Below, piece by piece: positions 17,888 through 27,215 of a DNA stretch of 64,000 nucleotides. The number at the start of each line of letters is the position of its first letter. Positions within the stretch are counted from its first letter, which is position 1. The position numbers were made by a program, and so were the translations under genes. The notes beneath the pieces are model-generated. The model did no database searches. It was not told the origin of the DNA and saw nothing but the letters and a program-made list of their open reading frames with translations. Source of the stretch: an uncultured delta proteobacterium (GTDB lineage: Bacteria > Myxococcota_A > Polyangia > Polyangiales > JAFGIB01); NCBI GenBank assembly GCA_963778655.1, contig CAVZVA010000012.1, forward strand, positions 204,118-268,117, read 5' to 3'.

Positions 17888-19564
17888 TCAGTCCGTGCCT
17901 TGCTCGGCCCCCGCGCTCGCCGCTGGGGGATTGCGGCTCTCGCGTAGCGCCAGGTCGGCGAAGTACTCGTCGAACTTCGCCTGCGCCTGGTTGCCGAACA
18001 AGATGCGGCAGGCTTGCATCAGCCCCGGGGCGTGCTGCACCTCCGGCTTGCGCGCGATCAGCGCGATCTTGCTGCGGCGGCGCAGGAAGTCTTCGAGCTT
18101 GGTCACCATCTCGCGCCGCGCCGCGTAGTACAGCTCGCAGCGCACGTACTCGGTGCCGTGGATCAGCACCTCGGCCATGCTCGGGTCCTCGCGGATCTCA
18201 TCGAGTAGGTGCAGCGCCGCGCTGCCGTAGCGCCGCCACAGCCGCGTGCTGAGCGGCTCGGAGGACTCCGCGGCCGTGCGCTCGTCCAGGCGCATCAGCG
18301 CCGCCTGGTGGAAGTACTCCTCGCGCACCTCGGGTGGTGGCTCGCCGTACCAGCGCGCGTCCTTCCAGCGCAGCTCCACGCCGAGCGCGTGCACGGCCGC
18401 GGCCACCTCCTCGCCGACGTTGAGGCAATCGGTCATCTTGCCGCCGAAGATGCTCACGTGCGCCCGCGCCCGGTCGGTCTCCACCGCGTGCTTGCGCGAG
18501 AGCGCGGTCCAGTCGACGTCGTGCTTGCGCGAGCGCTGCTCGGGGTCGATCACCAGCGGCCGCACGCCGCAGCGTTCGGCGATGATGTCGCTTTCGGTCA
18601 GCGGCCGCGCGAGCTTGAGCCGGCGGTTGACGTTGTCGAGGATGAAGCGACGATCCTCGGGCGTAACCTGCGGCGGCAGCTCGGTCACGCGCGTGTCGGT
18701 GGTGCCGATGCACGACTTGGGGCCGAGCGGCAGCACGAAGAAAAGCCGCCCGTCGTCCGCGAAGAACGCCAGCACCCGCCGCGACGGCGTGATGCGGTCG
18801 ACGATCAGGTGCACGCCCTTGGAGAACACGTGGTGGTGTCGCGTGTCCACGCCGTCCTGCCGGTTGCGCGCGTCGACCAGCGGCCCGCAGGCGTTGACCA
18901 GCACGCGGGCGCGGATCTCGAGCTCACCCCCGCAGATCACGTCGCGCGCGCGCGCCTGCCACAGCCCGTCGGATCCGCGCTCGGCGGTCAGCGCCTCAAC
19001 GTAGTTCGCGACGATCGCGCCGTGGTCGAGCGCGCCGCGGATGAAGCCGAAGACGAAGCGCGCGTCGTTGTCGACCAGATACGCGTCCGAGTATTCGATG
19101 CCGCCCGGGCCGCCGCGTGGATCCACCACCGGCTCCTCGTGCTCGACGTCGGCGCGGCCGAGCAGGCGCGGCGGCCGGGTGAAGAAGCGCCCGATCGCCC
19201 AGTACAGCCACACCCCAACGTAGAGCGTGGCGCGCGAGCGCCGAAAGCCGGGCTCGATGGTGGTGAAGAAGCGGATCTCCTTGACCGAGGACGGGTAGGT
19301 CTCGATCAGGCGGTTGCGCGAGCTGCACAGCTTGCGCACCAAGCCGAGCTCGCCCGTCTCCAGATACTTGATGCCGCCCCACACCATGTTGGAGGACTCC
19401 TGGCTGGTGAGGCCCGCGAAGTCGCCCCGGTCGATCAGCGCCACGCGCGCGCCCTGGGCGCTGAGCGCGGCGGCGGAGACCGCGCCGTTGATGCCGCCGC
19501 CCACGATCAGCACGTCGAACAAGCCTTCGCCGAGCTGCCCCAGGTTGTTGTCGCGAAGCCTCAT
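17888..19564 (-). CDS. glpD: FAD-dependent glycerol-3-phosphate dehydrogenase/oxidase
   Basis: DVLIVGGGINGA, DFAGLTSQESS..WGGIKYL, KGVHL, IGTTD, GVRPL, GGK.T and DFLRRRS. Start at ATG 19564. Confidence 0.85.
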   Translation of the reverse strand: MRLRDNNLGQLGEGLFDVLIVGGGINGAVSAAALSAQGARVALIDRGDFAGLTSQESSNMVWGGIKYLETGELGLVRKLCSSRNRLIETYPSSVKEIRFFTTIEPGFRRSRATLYVGVWLYWAIGRFFTRPPRLLGRADVEHEEPVVDPRGGPGGIEYSDAYLVDNDARFVFGFIRGALDHGAIVANYVEALTAERGSDGLWQARARDVICGGELEIRARVLVNACGPLVDARNRQDGVDTRHHHVFSKGVHLIVDRITPSRRVLAFFADDGRLFFVLPLGPKSCIGTTDTRVTELPPQVTPEDRRFILDNVNRRLKLARPLTESDIIAERCGVRPLVIDPEQRSRKHDVDWTALSRKHAVETDRARAHVSIFGGKMTDCLNVGEEVAAAVHALGVELRWKDARWYGEPPPEVREEYFHQAALMRLDERTAAESSEPLSTRLWRRYGSAALHLLDEIREDPSMAEVLIHGTEYVRCELYYAARREMVTKLEDFLRRRSKIALIARKPEVQHAPGLMQACRILFGNQAQAKFDEYFADLALRESRNPPAASAGAEQGTD

Positions 19565-19676
19565 CCGGGTCGGCAGCGCAAGGCCTCCGCCCCGCGGCGC
19601 GCCGAGAGCATGGGCGCCAGAAGCCCCTTTCGCAACGGCGAACCGCCGCGCATCCGCCCGGAGCGCGCGCGTCCTC

Positions 19677-20834
19677 CTAGAAATTCCGCGACTCGTGCTT
19701 GGCCCAGCCCGAGTCCATGCAGATCCCGCAGCTGTCGGGTGCGCCATCGAACAGCGCGCAGGCGTTGCCGTCATCGGCCAGGAAGCAGCGGAACCAGGCC
19801 GAGTACAGGCGCTGCATGGCGAGCGAGCCCGGGTCGCGTTGGATGTAGCCGGCGAGTGTCTCGGTGGTGACGTGGTCGCCGTTCATCCAGTCGGCCAGGA
19901 ACGCCGGACCGGTCGCCGCCTGATATGACTGCGTGCAGGGACCTTCGACGAAGTCCATCGTGCCGGTCAGGCAGATGAAGGCGATGCCCGCCTTGGGCAC
20001 GCCGCCGCCGGCGACCGAGACCTCGGCTTCGACGTTGGGGTGCTGTGAGCCCGCGGTCGCGCCGATGCCACCCTGCGAGTGCCCGGCCACGCCCGCGCGC
20101 GTGCTCAGCTTCTGATAGAACATGCTGCTCGGGTCGTCGTTCTGCTTGAGCAGCCAGTCGAGGCCCGCCTTGTGGAAGTTGCCGCTGCCCGCATTGGGGT
20201 CCTGCGCGGCCGCGACCACCATGCCCCAGCTCGCGGCGTTGCTGTTGAAGAACGCGTAGGTGGTGGAGTCCGACACGCCGGTGCCGTTACCCCAGGCGAT
20301 AATCGGGTGCGGGCAGCTGTCTTCGAGCGGCATGGGATAGAAGATGGTGTACATGCCCGTGCTCTGCCCCGAGTCGACCATGCCGAGGTCGACGTCCATC
20401 ATGCCGACCTGGTACGGCCCGGGCTCACCGTAGTTGCCGCTGCCCGCCTGCAAGCAGGTGGTGCCGCCGTGCGGCGTCATCACCGTGGTCGGCGTGCTGC
20501 CGCCGGCGGCGCCGGGCTGCATCTGCTGCATGCCGCCTGCCGGCATCCCCACGCCGGCCGTGCCGCCCGCTGCAGGCGGCGCCGCGCCGCCGCCCGTGCC
20601 CAGCCCTGCCATCGGTACGCCGCTGCCCAGCGGCGCGCCGCTGGCGCCGCCGGTGGCGCCTTGCGTGCCGTTGCCGCCGAAGCTGCCGCCGGTGCCCGGG
20701 CTGCCGGCACCGGGCTGTCCCACCGTTGCGTTAGCGCCCGGCGCCCCCTGCAGGCTCCCCGGGCTGCTTGCGCTGCAGCCCCCGAGCCCGCAGGCGATCG
20801 CCGTCCAGGCGATGCGCACAACTCTCCCGTTCAT
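19677..20834 (-). CDS. lipoprotein alpha/beta hydrolase (cutinase/chlorophyllase/polyesterase-like)
   Basis: ATG after GGAGG, lipobox-like LGGC, Gly/Pro linker, PIIAWGNGTG, GHSQGG nucleophile, GTMD and GDH. Confidence 0.8.
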   Translation of the reverse strand: MNGRVVRIAWTAIACGLGGCSASSPGSLQGAPGANATVGQPGAGSPGTGGSFGGNGTQGATGGASGAPLGSGVPMAGLGTGGGAAPPAAGGTAGVGMPAGGMQQMQPGAAGGSTPTTVMTPHGGTTCLQAGSGNYGEPGPYQVGMMDVDLGMVDSGQSTGMYTIFYPMPLEDSCPHPIIAWGNGTGVSDSTTYAFFNSNAASWGMVVAAAQDPNAGSGNFHKAGLDWLLKQNDDPSSMFYQKLSTRAGVAGHSQGGIGATAGSQHPNVEAEVSVAGGGVPKAGIAFICLTGTMDFVEGPCTQSYQAATGPAFLADWMNGDHVTTETLAGYIQRDPGSLAMQRLYSAWFRCFLADDGNACALFDGAPDSCGICMDSGWAKHESRNF

Positions 20835-21062
20835 CTCGCACCTCCACCATGGCCAACGACTGCTCTGCCGACCGGCTCTCGGGGTGCCGCTCGCGCGCCA
20901 CCGCCGTTTCCCAGAGCCGCAAGCCAAACCAACCCACCTGCTCACTTGGCTCTAGCGCACGATGTAGGTGCGGAGAAGAGGAAAAGCTCACCTTTCGCAC
21001 GGGGTTCTTCCGCTTTGGCCGAGGACGCCCTGGGCTCGGTCCTGCCGGCCGCGCAGGCGCGT

Positions 21063-22781
21063 TCAGCGCGGCGCCGCGACGCCTGGCAGCGGCGGCAGCC
21101 GCGCCTGGGCTGGCGGCGGCACGCCGAGCAACGCCGCCAGGGTGCTCGCGACGCGCCGCGTGTCGACCTGCTCGGTGGAGGCCGCGCCCGGCGCGACGCC
21201 ACTGCCGAACATCAGCACCGGCACGTGGGTGTCGTAGTCCCAGGGCGAGCCGTGCGTGGTGCCCGCGCCCTTGGCCATGCCGATCTCCGGCACCGCATAG
21301 GGCGCCACCACCACGAAGAAGTCCCCGCTGGTCGCAGGATGGATGCTGCGCAGCACGCGCTGCGCGACCGGGTCCGGATCGCCGCGCAAGGCCTCGAGAT
21401 CTTCGCAGTCGACCGCGCGCGCGACCCCCGGCCAGGCCGCGAGCGCGCCCTTCACCAGCGCGCGGATGCGCGCGTGCTGCGGGTGCTCGCGCGCGGCTTG
21501 CGACAAGAACACGTACGGCTCCACGTAGCCGAGCACCCAGTTGCCGGGTCCGATCGCGGCGTCGACCGCGTGGTCGAGCGCCTGCGCCAGCGCGTCGGCG
21601 TCGATGCGCGTGGCGCTCGGGTGCGCGGCGTGGCTCTGCTCCGGCAACGGCGCCACGCCATGATCGGAGGTGATCAGCACGGCGACTCGGGTCTGCGCCT
21701 GCAGCCGCTGCACCAGGCGCATCAGCGCGCGGTCGGCGCGGCGCAGATGGTCCGCGTACTCCCACGAGCTGGGGCCGAACACGTGACCGTCGTAGTCGGT
21801 GCCCGAGATCGAGAGCTCGAGCAGGTCGGGCACGTCGTCACGACCCAGCTCGAGCTGCTGCGCTGCGGCATACGCGAGCTCGAGCATGTACTCGGCCGAG
21901 TCCGGCGCCAGCGGCCACAGCTCGTACGGGCGCGGAGTGTCTGCGAAGCGGTGGGGAAAGCTCGGCCCCAGACCCTTGTAGCTGCCCTCCCCGGGCGCGG
22001 CGTCCGGCCCCAGCAGCCGCGCGAGGCGCTCGGGGTCCGACACCTGCCAGCTGACCGCCTCGGGCGCGATCGGGTGCACGTGCTCGTAGCCGGTCAGCCA
22101 CGGCGGCAGCTGGCCCGCGTAATAGGTCGAGGTGGTGAAGCCGCGCGCCGCCGCTGCGTACCACAGCACGAGATCGGGATGCTGGCCCGCGGGCAGGATG
22201 GCCGAGCGGTCCTTGAGCGAGAGCGAGACCACCCTGGCGCGGCCGCCGGTCGCCGCCTTCAGCACGTCGGCCACCGTGTCCACGCGCAGCACTTCCGGGC
22301 CGGCATGCTCGCCAGCCGCGCCCAGCACCTCGTGCGTGCCATCGTCGACCACGCCGCGGCGGGCGCCGCTCCTTCGGTCGACCACGTAGTTGGTGGCGAT
22401 GCCGCTTTGCTCCGGCGCGGCGCCTGAATAGAGCGCGGCGTGACCGGGCGCGGTGAGCGTGGCGGCGTAGGCATAGACCGCCTGCTCGAAGACGCGGCCG
22501 TGTGCGCGTGCGTAGGCCACCGCTCCGTCGGGGGCGAGCAGGGGCTCGAGCCGGTGCAGGGTGTCGCTGCCGAGCTGGTCGATGACGACGCTGACCACGA
22601 GCTGCGCGCGCGCCGATGCCGGGGGCGCGCTCGCGGCAGCGGCGCGCGCGGCCGTGCGCGGCGCGACCGCCACTGGCGCGCGCGTGCGCGTGCAGGCGAC
22701 GGCGGCGAGCAGCGCCAGGCCGACCCCGAGCGCGCTCGGCGCGCGCGGGCGGCGGAAGGTGATGGCTCGGGGATCGGACAC
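21063..22781 (-). CDS. alkaline phosphatase superfamily protein, PafA/PhoK-like
   Basis: VIDQL, TLTAPGHA (Thr nucleophile), SLKDRSAI, DYDGH.FGP, TSDHG and THGSPWDYD. Possible lipobox AVAC. Confidence 0.88.
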   Translation of the reverse strand: MSDPRAITFRRPRAPSALGVGLALLAAVACTRTRAPVAVAPRTAARAAAASAPPASARAQLVVSVVIDQLGSDTLHRLEPLLAPDGAVAYARAHGRVFEQAVYAYAATLTAPGHAALYSGAAPEQSGIATNYVVDRRSGARRGVVDDGTHEVLGAAGEHAGPEVLRVDTVADVLKAATGGRARVVSLSLKDRSAILPAGQHPDLVLWYAAAARGFTTSTYYAGQLPPWLTGYEHVHPIAPEAVSWQVSDPERLARLLGPDAAPGEGSYKGLGPSFPHRFADTPRPYELWPLAPDSAEYMLELAYAAAQQLELGRDDVPDLLELSISGTDYDGHVFGPSSWEYADHLRRADRALMRLVQRLQAQTRVAVLITSDHGVAPLPEQSHAAHPSATRIDADALAQALDHAVDAAIGPGNWVLGYVEPYVFLSQAAREHPQHARIRALVKGALAAWPGVARAVDCEDLEALRGDPDPVAQRVLRSIHPATSGDFFVVVAPYAVPEIGMAKGAGTTHGSPWDYDTHVPVLMFGSGVAPGAASTEQVDTRRVASTLAALLGVPPPAQARLPPLPGVAAPR

Positions 22782-22988
22782 GGTGCGAGGCTCCCCGCGC
22801 GCGGCGCGGGTAGCGCCAGCGTGAACGGGAAGCTCGCCGGGCTCAAGCCGCGCGTGCCTTTGCGGCCGCACCCCCAACCACCGCGCGCTGCCGGGCAGGC
22901 TGGGGCGCGGGTCGGCCTGCGCGACGCGAGCGGCGATCCGCTCGACGCTCGCGTCGTCCCGAGCCCGGCCACGACACGCTCGCCGAGC

Positions 22989-23765
22989 TCACCTGAGCGG
23001 CCCCGCGCGCACGGCGTCGGCCTCGGCGTCGCTGCGCGCGGTGGCCTCGTCGCTCTGGTCGCGCTTGCGCAGCCCGCCTGCGAACAGGCGCAGCGCCAGC
23101 GCGCCGACCAGCGGGATCGCCATGGCGAAGACCGCCAGCGCCAAACGCAATGCGTCGCGCGCGGGCGGCAGGCTGTCGATCCCCGCCAGCGCCGCGTTGA
23201 AGCTGCCGTGCAGCATGATCGCGATCGCCAGTCCCACCCCCGCGCCCGCCCGGCCGCGATCGAAGCGTCGCCGGGCCCACACGTAGCCAAACGTGCCTCC
23301 TGCCACCAGGTGCATCGGCACGGTCATGTAGGCGCGCAGAAAGAAACGGGTGGAAAACGCGATCAGGTCGGGGGTCTTGAGCATCGCCAGCACGTTCTCG
23401 ACCAGGGCGAAGCCCATCGCGGCGTGCAGCGCGTACAGAAACGCGCCGTAACGGGTGCGAGGCGCGAGCGCGCCGCGCGTGAGCAGCAGCAGGCAGCACA
23501 GCTTGCCCAGCTCCTCGACCGAGGCGGACACGATGTAGGAGTCGCACAGCGAGGCCCAGGTCGGGGGCAGCCGATCGAGCACGGCGCTCAGCAGGCGTTC
23601 GGTCCACGCGATCGGGATCGAGGCCAAGCCCGAGGCGGCGACGATGCGGTAGCGCCAGCCCCGGGTGGGCTCCTTGACCCGGCGCTCGAAGCGCTCCGCA
23701 AACCAGAGCAGCACGAACGGCGGGATCACCCCGGTCATCGCGAGCACGCGGTCGAAGAAGGACAT
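22989..23765 (-). CDS. PrsW-family intramembrane glutamic protease
   Basis: VEELGK, GFALVEN, PMH and LHGSFN motifs; multi-TM. Confidence 0.88.
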   Translation of the reverse strand: MSFFDRVLAMTGVIPPFVLLWFAERFERRVKEPTRGWRYRIVAASGLASIPIAWTERLLSAVLDRLPPTWASLCDSYIVSASVEELGKLCCLLLLTRGALAPRTRYGAFLYALHAAMGFALVENVLAMLKTPDLIAFSTRFFLRAYMTVPMHLVAGGTFGYVWARRRFDRGRAGAGVGLAIAIMLHGSFNAALAGIDSLPPARDALRLALAVFAMAIPLVGALALRLFAGGLRKRDQSDEATARSDAEADAVRAGPLR

Positions 23766-23809
23766 CTCGGGCTCAGTCAGGCGCGGGACGCGTCCTCCAT
23801 CATCGCACG

Positions 23810-24562
23810 ATGTCGATGCGGTCCGGATCTGGCAAGCTATTCCGGGTGAAGCGCCTGCTGTGGCTCGTGCCCGCCGCCGGGGTGGCCGTCTGGGGCGGCG
23901 CGCTGATCGACTTCGGCCACAAGGACGCTACGCCTCCGGCGCCGGAGGCCCGGGCGGAGCAGGGGGCGCCGCCGGCTGCGCCACCCGAGCGCGCGGCGCG
24001 CTTGCCGGCGGCTGCGCCGGCCGCCGCGGTGCGGGCAGGTCGGATGCTCGGCTCGCGGGCCGCCGTGTCCAGCGTGCGCACCGGCGGCGGGCCTGGGGTC
24101 GCCGCGCCGCGGCCCGGCCAGGGCTCGGTCGCGGTGATCGGCGCGGCCGAGCAGGGCCGGCGCGGACCCGCGCGCGTCGCTGCGGCGGCCAGCGCGGCCG
24201 CGGCCGAGCCCGATGCGCCGCAGGCCGCGGACACCCGCGAGCTCGGCCAGGGCGTGGGCTCGCCACAGCTGGCGGCGCTCGAGCACGACTACGTGGAGGA
24301 GGCCCGGGATGGACCGTGGGCGCTGGCCGAGGAGCAGCGGGTGCGGGCGCTGTTGCGCGGCCAGCCGCTGGCCCCGGACGTGGTGCTGGTGCACTGCCAG
24401 CAATCGGTGTGCCGCATGGTGTTGCAGACCGACTCCGCCGACGCCTTCCAGCAGCTGCTCCAGGTGCCGGGGCTGAGCGCCGAGACCGCGCTGGACGGCT
24501 CGTCTCCGTTCTCGCTGCACGGCGGCCAGCTCGCCGTGTACTTCCACCCGGCCAAGCATTGA
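23810..24562 (+). CDS. hypothetical single-pass membrane protein with a C-x4-C extracytoplasmic domain
   Basis: N-terminal TM, Ala/Pro linker, EARDGPWA...VHCQQSVCRM. Start may be GTG 23846. Confidence 0.65.
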   Translation: MSMRSGSGKLFRVKRLLWLVPAAGVAVWGGALIDFGHKDATPPAPEARAEQGAPPAAPPERAARLPAAAPAAAVRAGRMLGSRAAVSSVRTGGGPGVAAPRPGQGSVAVIGAAEQGRRGPARVAAAASAAAAEPDAPQAADTRELGQGVGSPQLAALEHDYVEEARDGPWALAEEQRVRALLRGQPLAPDVVLVHCQQSVCRMVLQTDSADAFQQLLQVPGLSAETALDGSSPFSLHGGQLAVYFHPAKH

Positions 24563-24631
24563 CGGGACGCGATCCGGACGGGCTTGTGTCCCGCGTCCGC
24601 CCGGCCTCGCGCTCATCTGCGGGCCGGCCCC

Positions 24632-25489
24632 TCAGAACTTGGTGTGCGCCCCGAGATCCTCGAACACCGGCTCGCGTTTGTCCTGCTTGGCCGCGAAGCA
24701 TTCCAGCATATCGGCTGGCTGGAACATGCCGGTCTGCCAGACCGCCATGTAGCGCAGGCTGTCGGCGATGCTGTGGTCGCGCGCGTAGTTGAGCATTTCC
24801 TTGCTGCCGTAAACCGCCAGCGGTGAGTGCTGCGCGATCTCTCGCGCCACGCCGAGCACGGCTTCCAGCATCTCCGCGTGATTGGCGTAGACCTCATTGA
24901 CCAGTCCAACCTCCTTGGCGCGTCTGCTGGGCAGGCGGCGTCCGGTGTAGGCGAGCTCGCGCACCACGCCCGACGGAATCAGGTGCGGCAGGCGCTGCAG
25001 CGTACCGACGTCCGCGGTCATCCCCAGGTTGATCTCCTGGATGCAGAAGAACGCGTCCTCGGTGCAATAGCGCACGTCGCAGGCGCAGATCATGTCGACG
25101 CCGCCTCCGATGCAGCCGCCCTGGATTGCGGCCAGCACTGGCAGGCGCGCCTGCTCCAGCGCGCTGAACGAGTCCTGCAGCTCGAGCACCGTGCGCTGCA
25201 CCGCCTCGCGCTGGCGTCCCATCTCGCGCGGTCCCGAGGACGCGCCATCCGCCCTTGCGGCGCCGACGCCGCCGCCGCCGAACACGGCCAGGTCCATACC
25301 GGCGGTGAAGTGCTTGCCGCTGGAGCTGAGCACCAGCGCGCGCGCCTTGCCGCTGGCATCGAGCTCGCGTACGGCGTTCGGCAGCTCGGTCCAGAACGCG
25401 CGGATCATGCTGTTGAGCTTGTCCGGGCGATTGAGGCGCAGGTGCGCGACCTTGTCGCGGACTTCGAGATCGAAACAGGTATAGGGCAT
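24632..25489 (-). CDS. crotonase-family enoyl-CoA hydratase / dienoyl-CoA isomerase-like
   Basis: LNRPDKLNSM, HFTAGMDL, GGCIGGGVD and QEINLGMTADVGTLQRLP. Start at ATG 25489. Confidence 0.9.
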   Translation of the reverse strand: MPYTCFDLEVRDKVAHLRLNRPDKLNSMIRAFWTELPNAVRELDASGKARALVLSSSGKHFTAGMDLAVFGGGGVGAARADGASSGPREMGRQREAVQRTVLELQDSFSALEQARLPVLAAIQGGCIGGGVDMICACDVRYCTEDAFFCIQEINLGMTADVGTLQRLPHLIPSGVVRELAYTGRRLPSRRAKEVGLVNEVYANHAEMLEAVLGVAREIAQHSPLAVYGSKEMLNYARDHSIADSLRYMAVWQTGMFQPADMLECFAAKQDKREPVFEDLGAHTKF

Positions 25490-25531
25490 CGCGGGTTCTC
25501 CCTTCGCGCTCGGCTGCGCGGAGCAAGGGGG

Positions 25532-25588
25532 CACGGCGGGAAGCACTCTCGGCTTGCGCTCTTCCCGTTTACCCGCCTTCCTGTTGAA
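25532..25588. repeat. family C palindromic repeat
   Basis: CACGGCGGGAAG ... CTTCCCGTTTACCCGCCTTCCTGTTGAA. Confidence 0.55.
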
Positions 25589-25716
25589 CCCTCCTCGGAG
25601 CTCATTGGCTGCGAGGAGGGTGTTGGACCTGCGGTGTAAATCGCCCGCCGCGCGTGGGCAAGTCGCGCGGCTGCGGCCGGGTGGCGATTGTGCTACGAAT
25701 GGGCGCGAGGTTGGGT

Positions 25717-26274
25717 ATGGCGATTCGCAAGGTTGCGCGGCTGGGCCACCCAGTGCTGCGGCGGCCGACCCGGGAGCTCACGCAGGCCGAGATACGGTCC
25801 GAGCCGGTGCAGCGCCTGGTGGCCGACATGATCGAGACCATGCACGAGTACGGCGGCGTGGGTCTGGCCGCACCCCAGGTCCACGAGTCGCTGCGGCTCG
25901 CCGTGATCGAGGTCGACGCGCTCAACGAGCGCTATCGCGCCGAGATCTCGCAACCCTTGCTGGTCATCTTCAACGCGCACATCAGCGTGCTCGACGCGAC
26001 CGCGCACGGCTTCTGGGAGGGCTGTCTGTCGGTCCCGGGGCTGCGCGGCTACGTCGAGCGCCCGCGCCGGATTCGCGTCGACTACCTCGATCACGAGGGG
26101 GTGCCCCGCAGCTTGGCGGCCGAGGATTTTCTGGCCACCGTGTTCCAGCACGAGCTCGACCACCTGGACGGCGTGCTCTACGTGGACAAGATCGCGGACC
26201 CGACGCGCTTCGCGCTCATCGAGGAGTACCAGCGCTATCATCTGGACGAAGGCTCGCCGGCAGCGGACGAGTAG
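25717..26274 (+). CDS. def: peptide deformylase
   Basis: GVGLAAPQV, EGCLSVPG and QHELDHLDG. Confidence 0.96.
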   Translation: MAIRKVARLGHPVLRRPTRELTQAEIRSEPVQRLVADMIETMHEYGGVGLAAPQVHESLRLAVIEVDALNERYRAEISQPLLVIFNAHISVLDATAHGFWEGCLSVPGLRGYVERPRRIRVDYLDHEGVPRSLAAEDFLATVFQHELDHLDGVLYVDKIADPTRFALIEEYQRYHLDEGSPAADE

Positions 26275-26293
26275 GGCGCGACGGACGGAGATC

Positions 26294-26353
26294 AAAGGAA
26301 GGCGGGAAGCCGGAAAGTGGCGCGATCATCGCCGCCTTCTCGCCTTCCTGTTT
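26294..26353. repeat. family C palindromic repeat between convergent genes
   Basis: AAAGGAAGGCGGGAAGCCGGAAAG ... CCTTCTCGCCTTCCTGTTT. Confidence 0.6.
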
Positions 26354-26362
26354 CACGCGCCT

Positions 26363-26941
26363 TCAGCGTTTGCGCGTGCTTAGGGTGTGCAAGGTGGTGG
26401 AGCCGCCGCAGTACAGGTCGAGTGCGATGGCGGCGTCGACGCCCTTGCGCGCGATCGGCTCCGGGTCGGCGCCCTCGCGGTACAGCGCGTGCATCGCGCC
26501 GAGCGCGTAGGGCGCGCCCGAGCCGATCGCGTAGTACTGCTGGAACTCGGTCACGCTCATGTCGCAAGCGACGGAGAAGATGCCGTTGCTGTTGGTGATC
26601 AGGAAGGACGCGTCCAGGTCGCCGAACGGCGATTCGTCGTCCGGACGTTGGTCGTTGACGAACGAGTAGCGCTGGTGGAGCTCCTTCCAGAACACGCGGA
26701 AGAAGGCGAAGATGCTGTGCTGGTCGCTCAGGCGTTGCCGCCGCCGGCCGGCCACCAGGTAGTCGTCCATGATGTTGCTGTACAGGCCCCAGCCGGTGGT
26801 CGCCAGGTACGATGCGCCCACCTTGCGCACCTTGACGTCGGTGAGGTTGGCCTCCGGTACTTCTCCCGAGCCGAACGTGCGCTTGGTGTCGCACGCGATG
26901 ACGACGCGCCCTTTGCTCTTGACCGCGACCGCAACCGACAT
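26363..26941 (-). CDS. proteasome-beta/HslV-fold Ntn hydrolase (BPH-like)
   Basis: ATG after AGGAG. M-S1VAVAVK...IACD17TKRTFG...DVKV and YYAIGSGAPYALGAM. Confidence 0.82.
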   Translation of the reverse strand: MSVAVAVKSKGRVVIACDTKRTFGSGEVPEANLTDVKVRKVGASYLATTGWGLYSNIMDDYLVAGRRRQRLSDQHSIFAFFRVFWKELHQRYSFVNDQRPDDESPFGDLDASFLITNSNGIFSVACDMSVTEFQQYYAIGSGAPYALGAMHALYREGADPEPIARKGVDAAIALDLYCGGSTTLHTLSTRKR

Positions 26942-27013
26942 CGCTTGCTCCTGGTTCCTGCGTTGGGGGAGGCGGAGCTTAGCACAAACTTCCCGCGTGG
27001 ATTTTCTGGCTGT

Positions 27014-27119
27014 CGGGAGGGGCACGCACCCCTCCCGCCCATCGGCAAAGCCGCTGGGGCCCCACCCTCCCTCTCATAGTCGAGAGGGGCACGCGTCCCG
27101 CGGGGCTCGCTTCGCTCCC
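27014..27119 (-). repeat. REP-like family D, inverted copy with an extra internal hairpin
   Basis: Reverse complement reads GGGAGCGAAGCGAG...CCAGCGGCTTTGCCGATGG..CGGGAGGGGTGCGTGCCCCTCCCG. Confidence 0.8.
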
Positions 27120-27215
27120 GCGCGGCCCGAACCCTGATCGGACTTGCGAGACGGTGTGCTAGTCGCGTTAGACTGGGAAGGTGGCCGTCTCTGCACGGCC
27201 GCGGAACGGCGTAGA

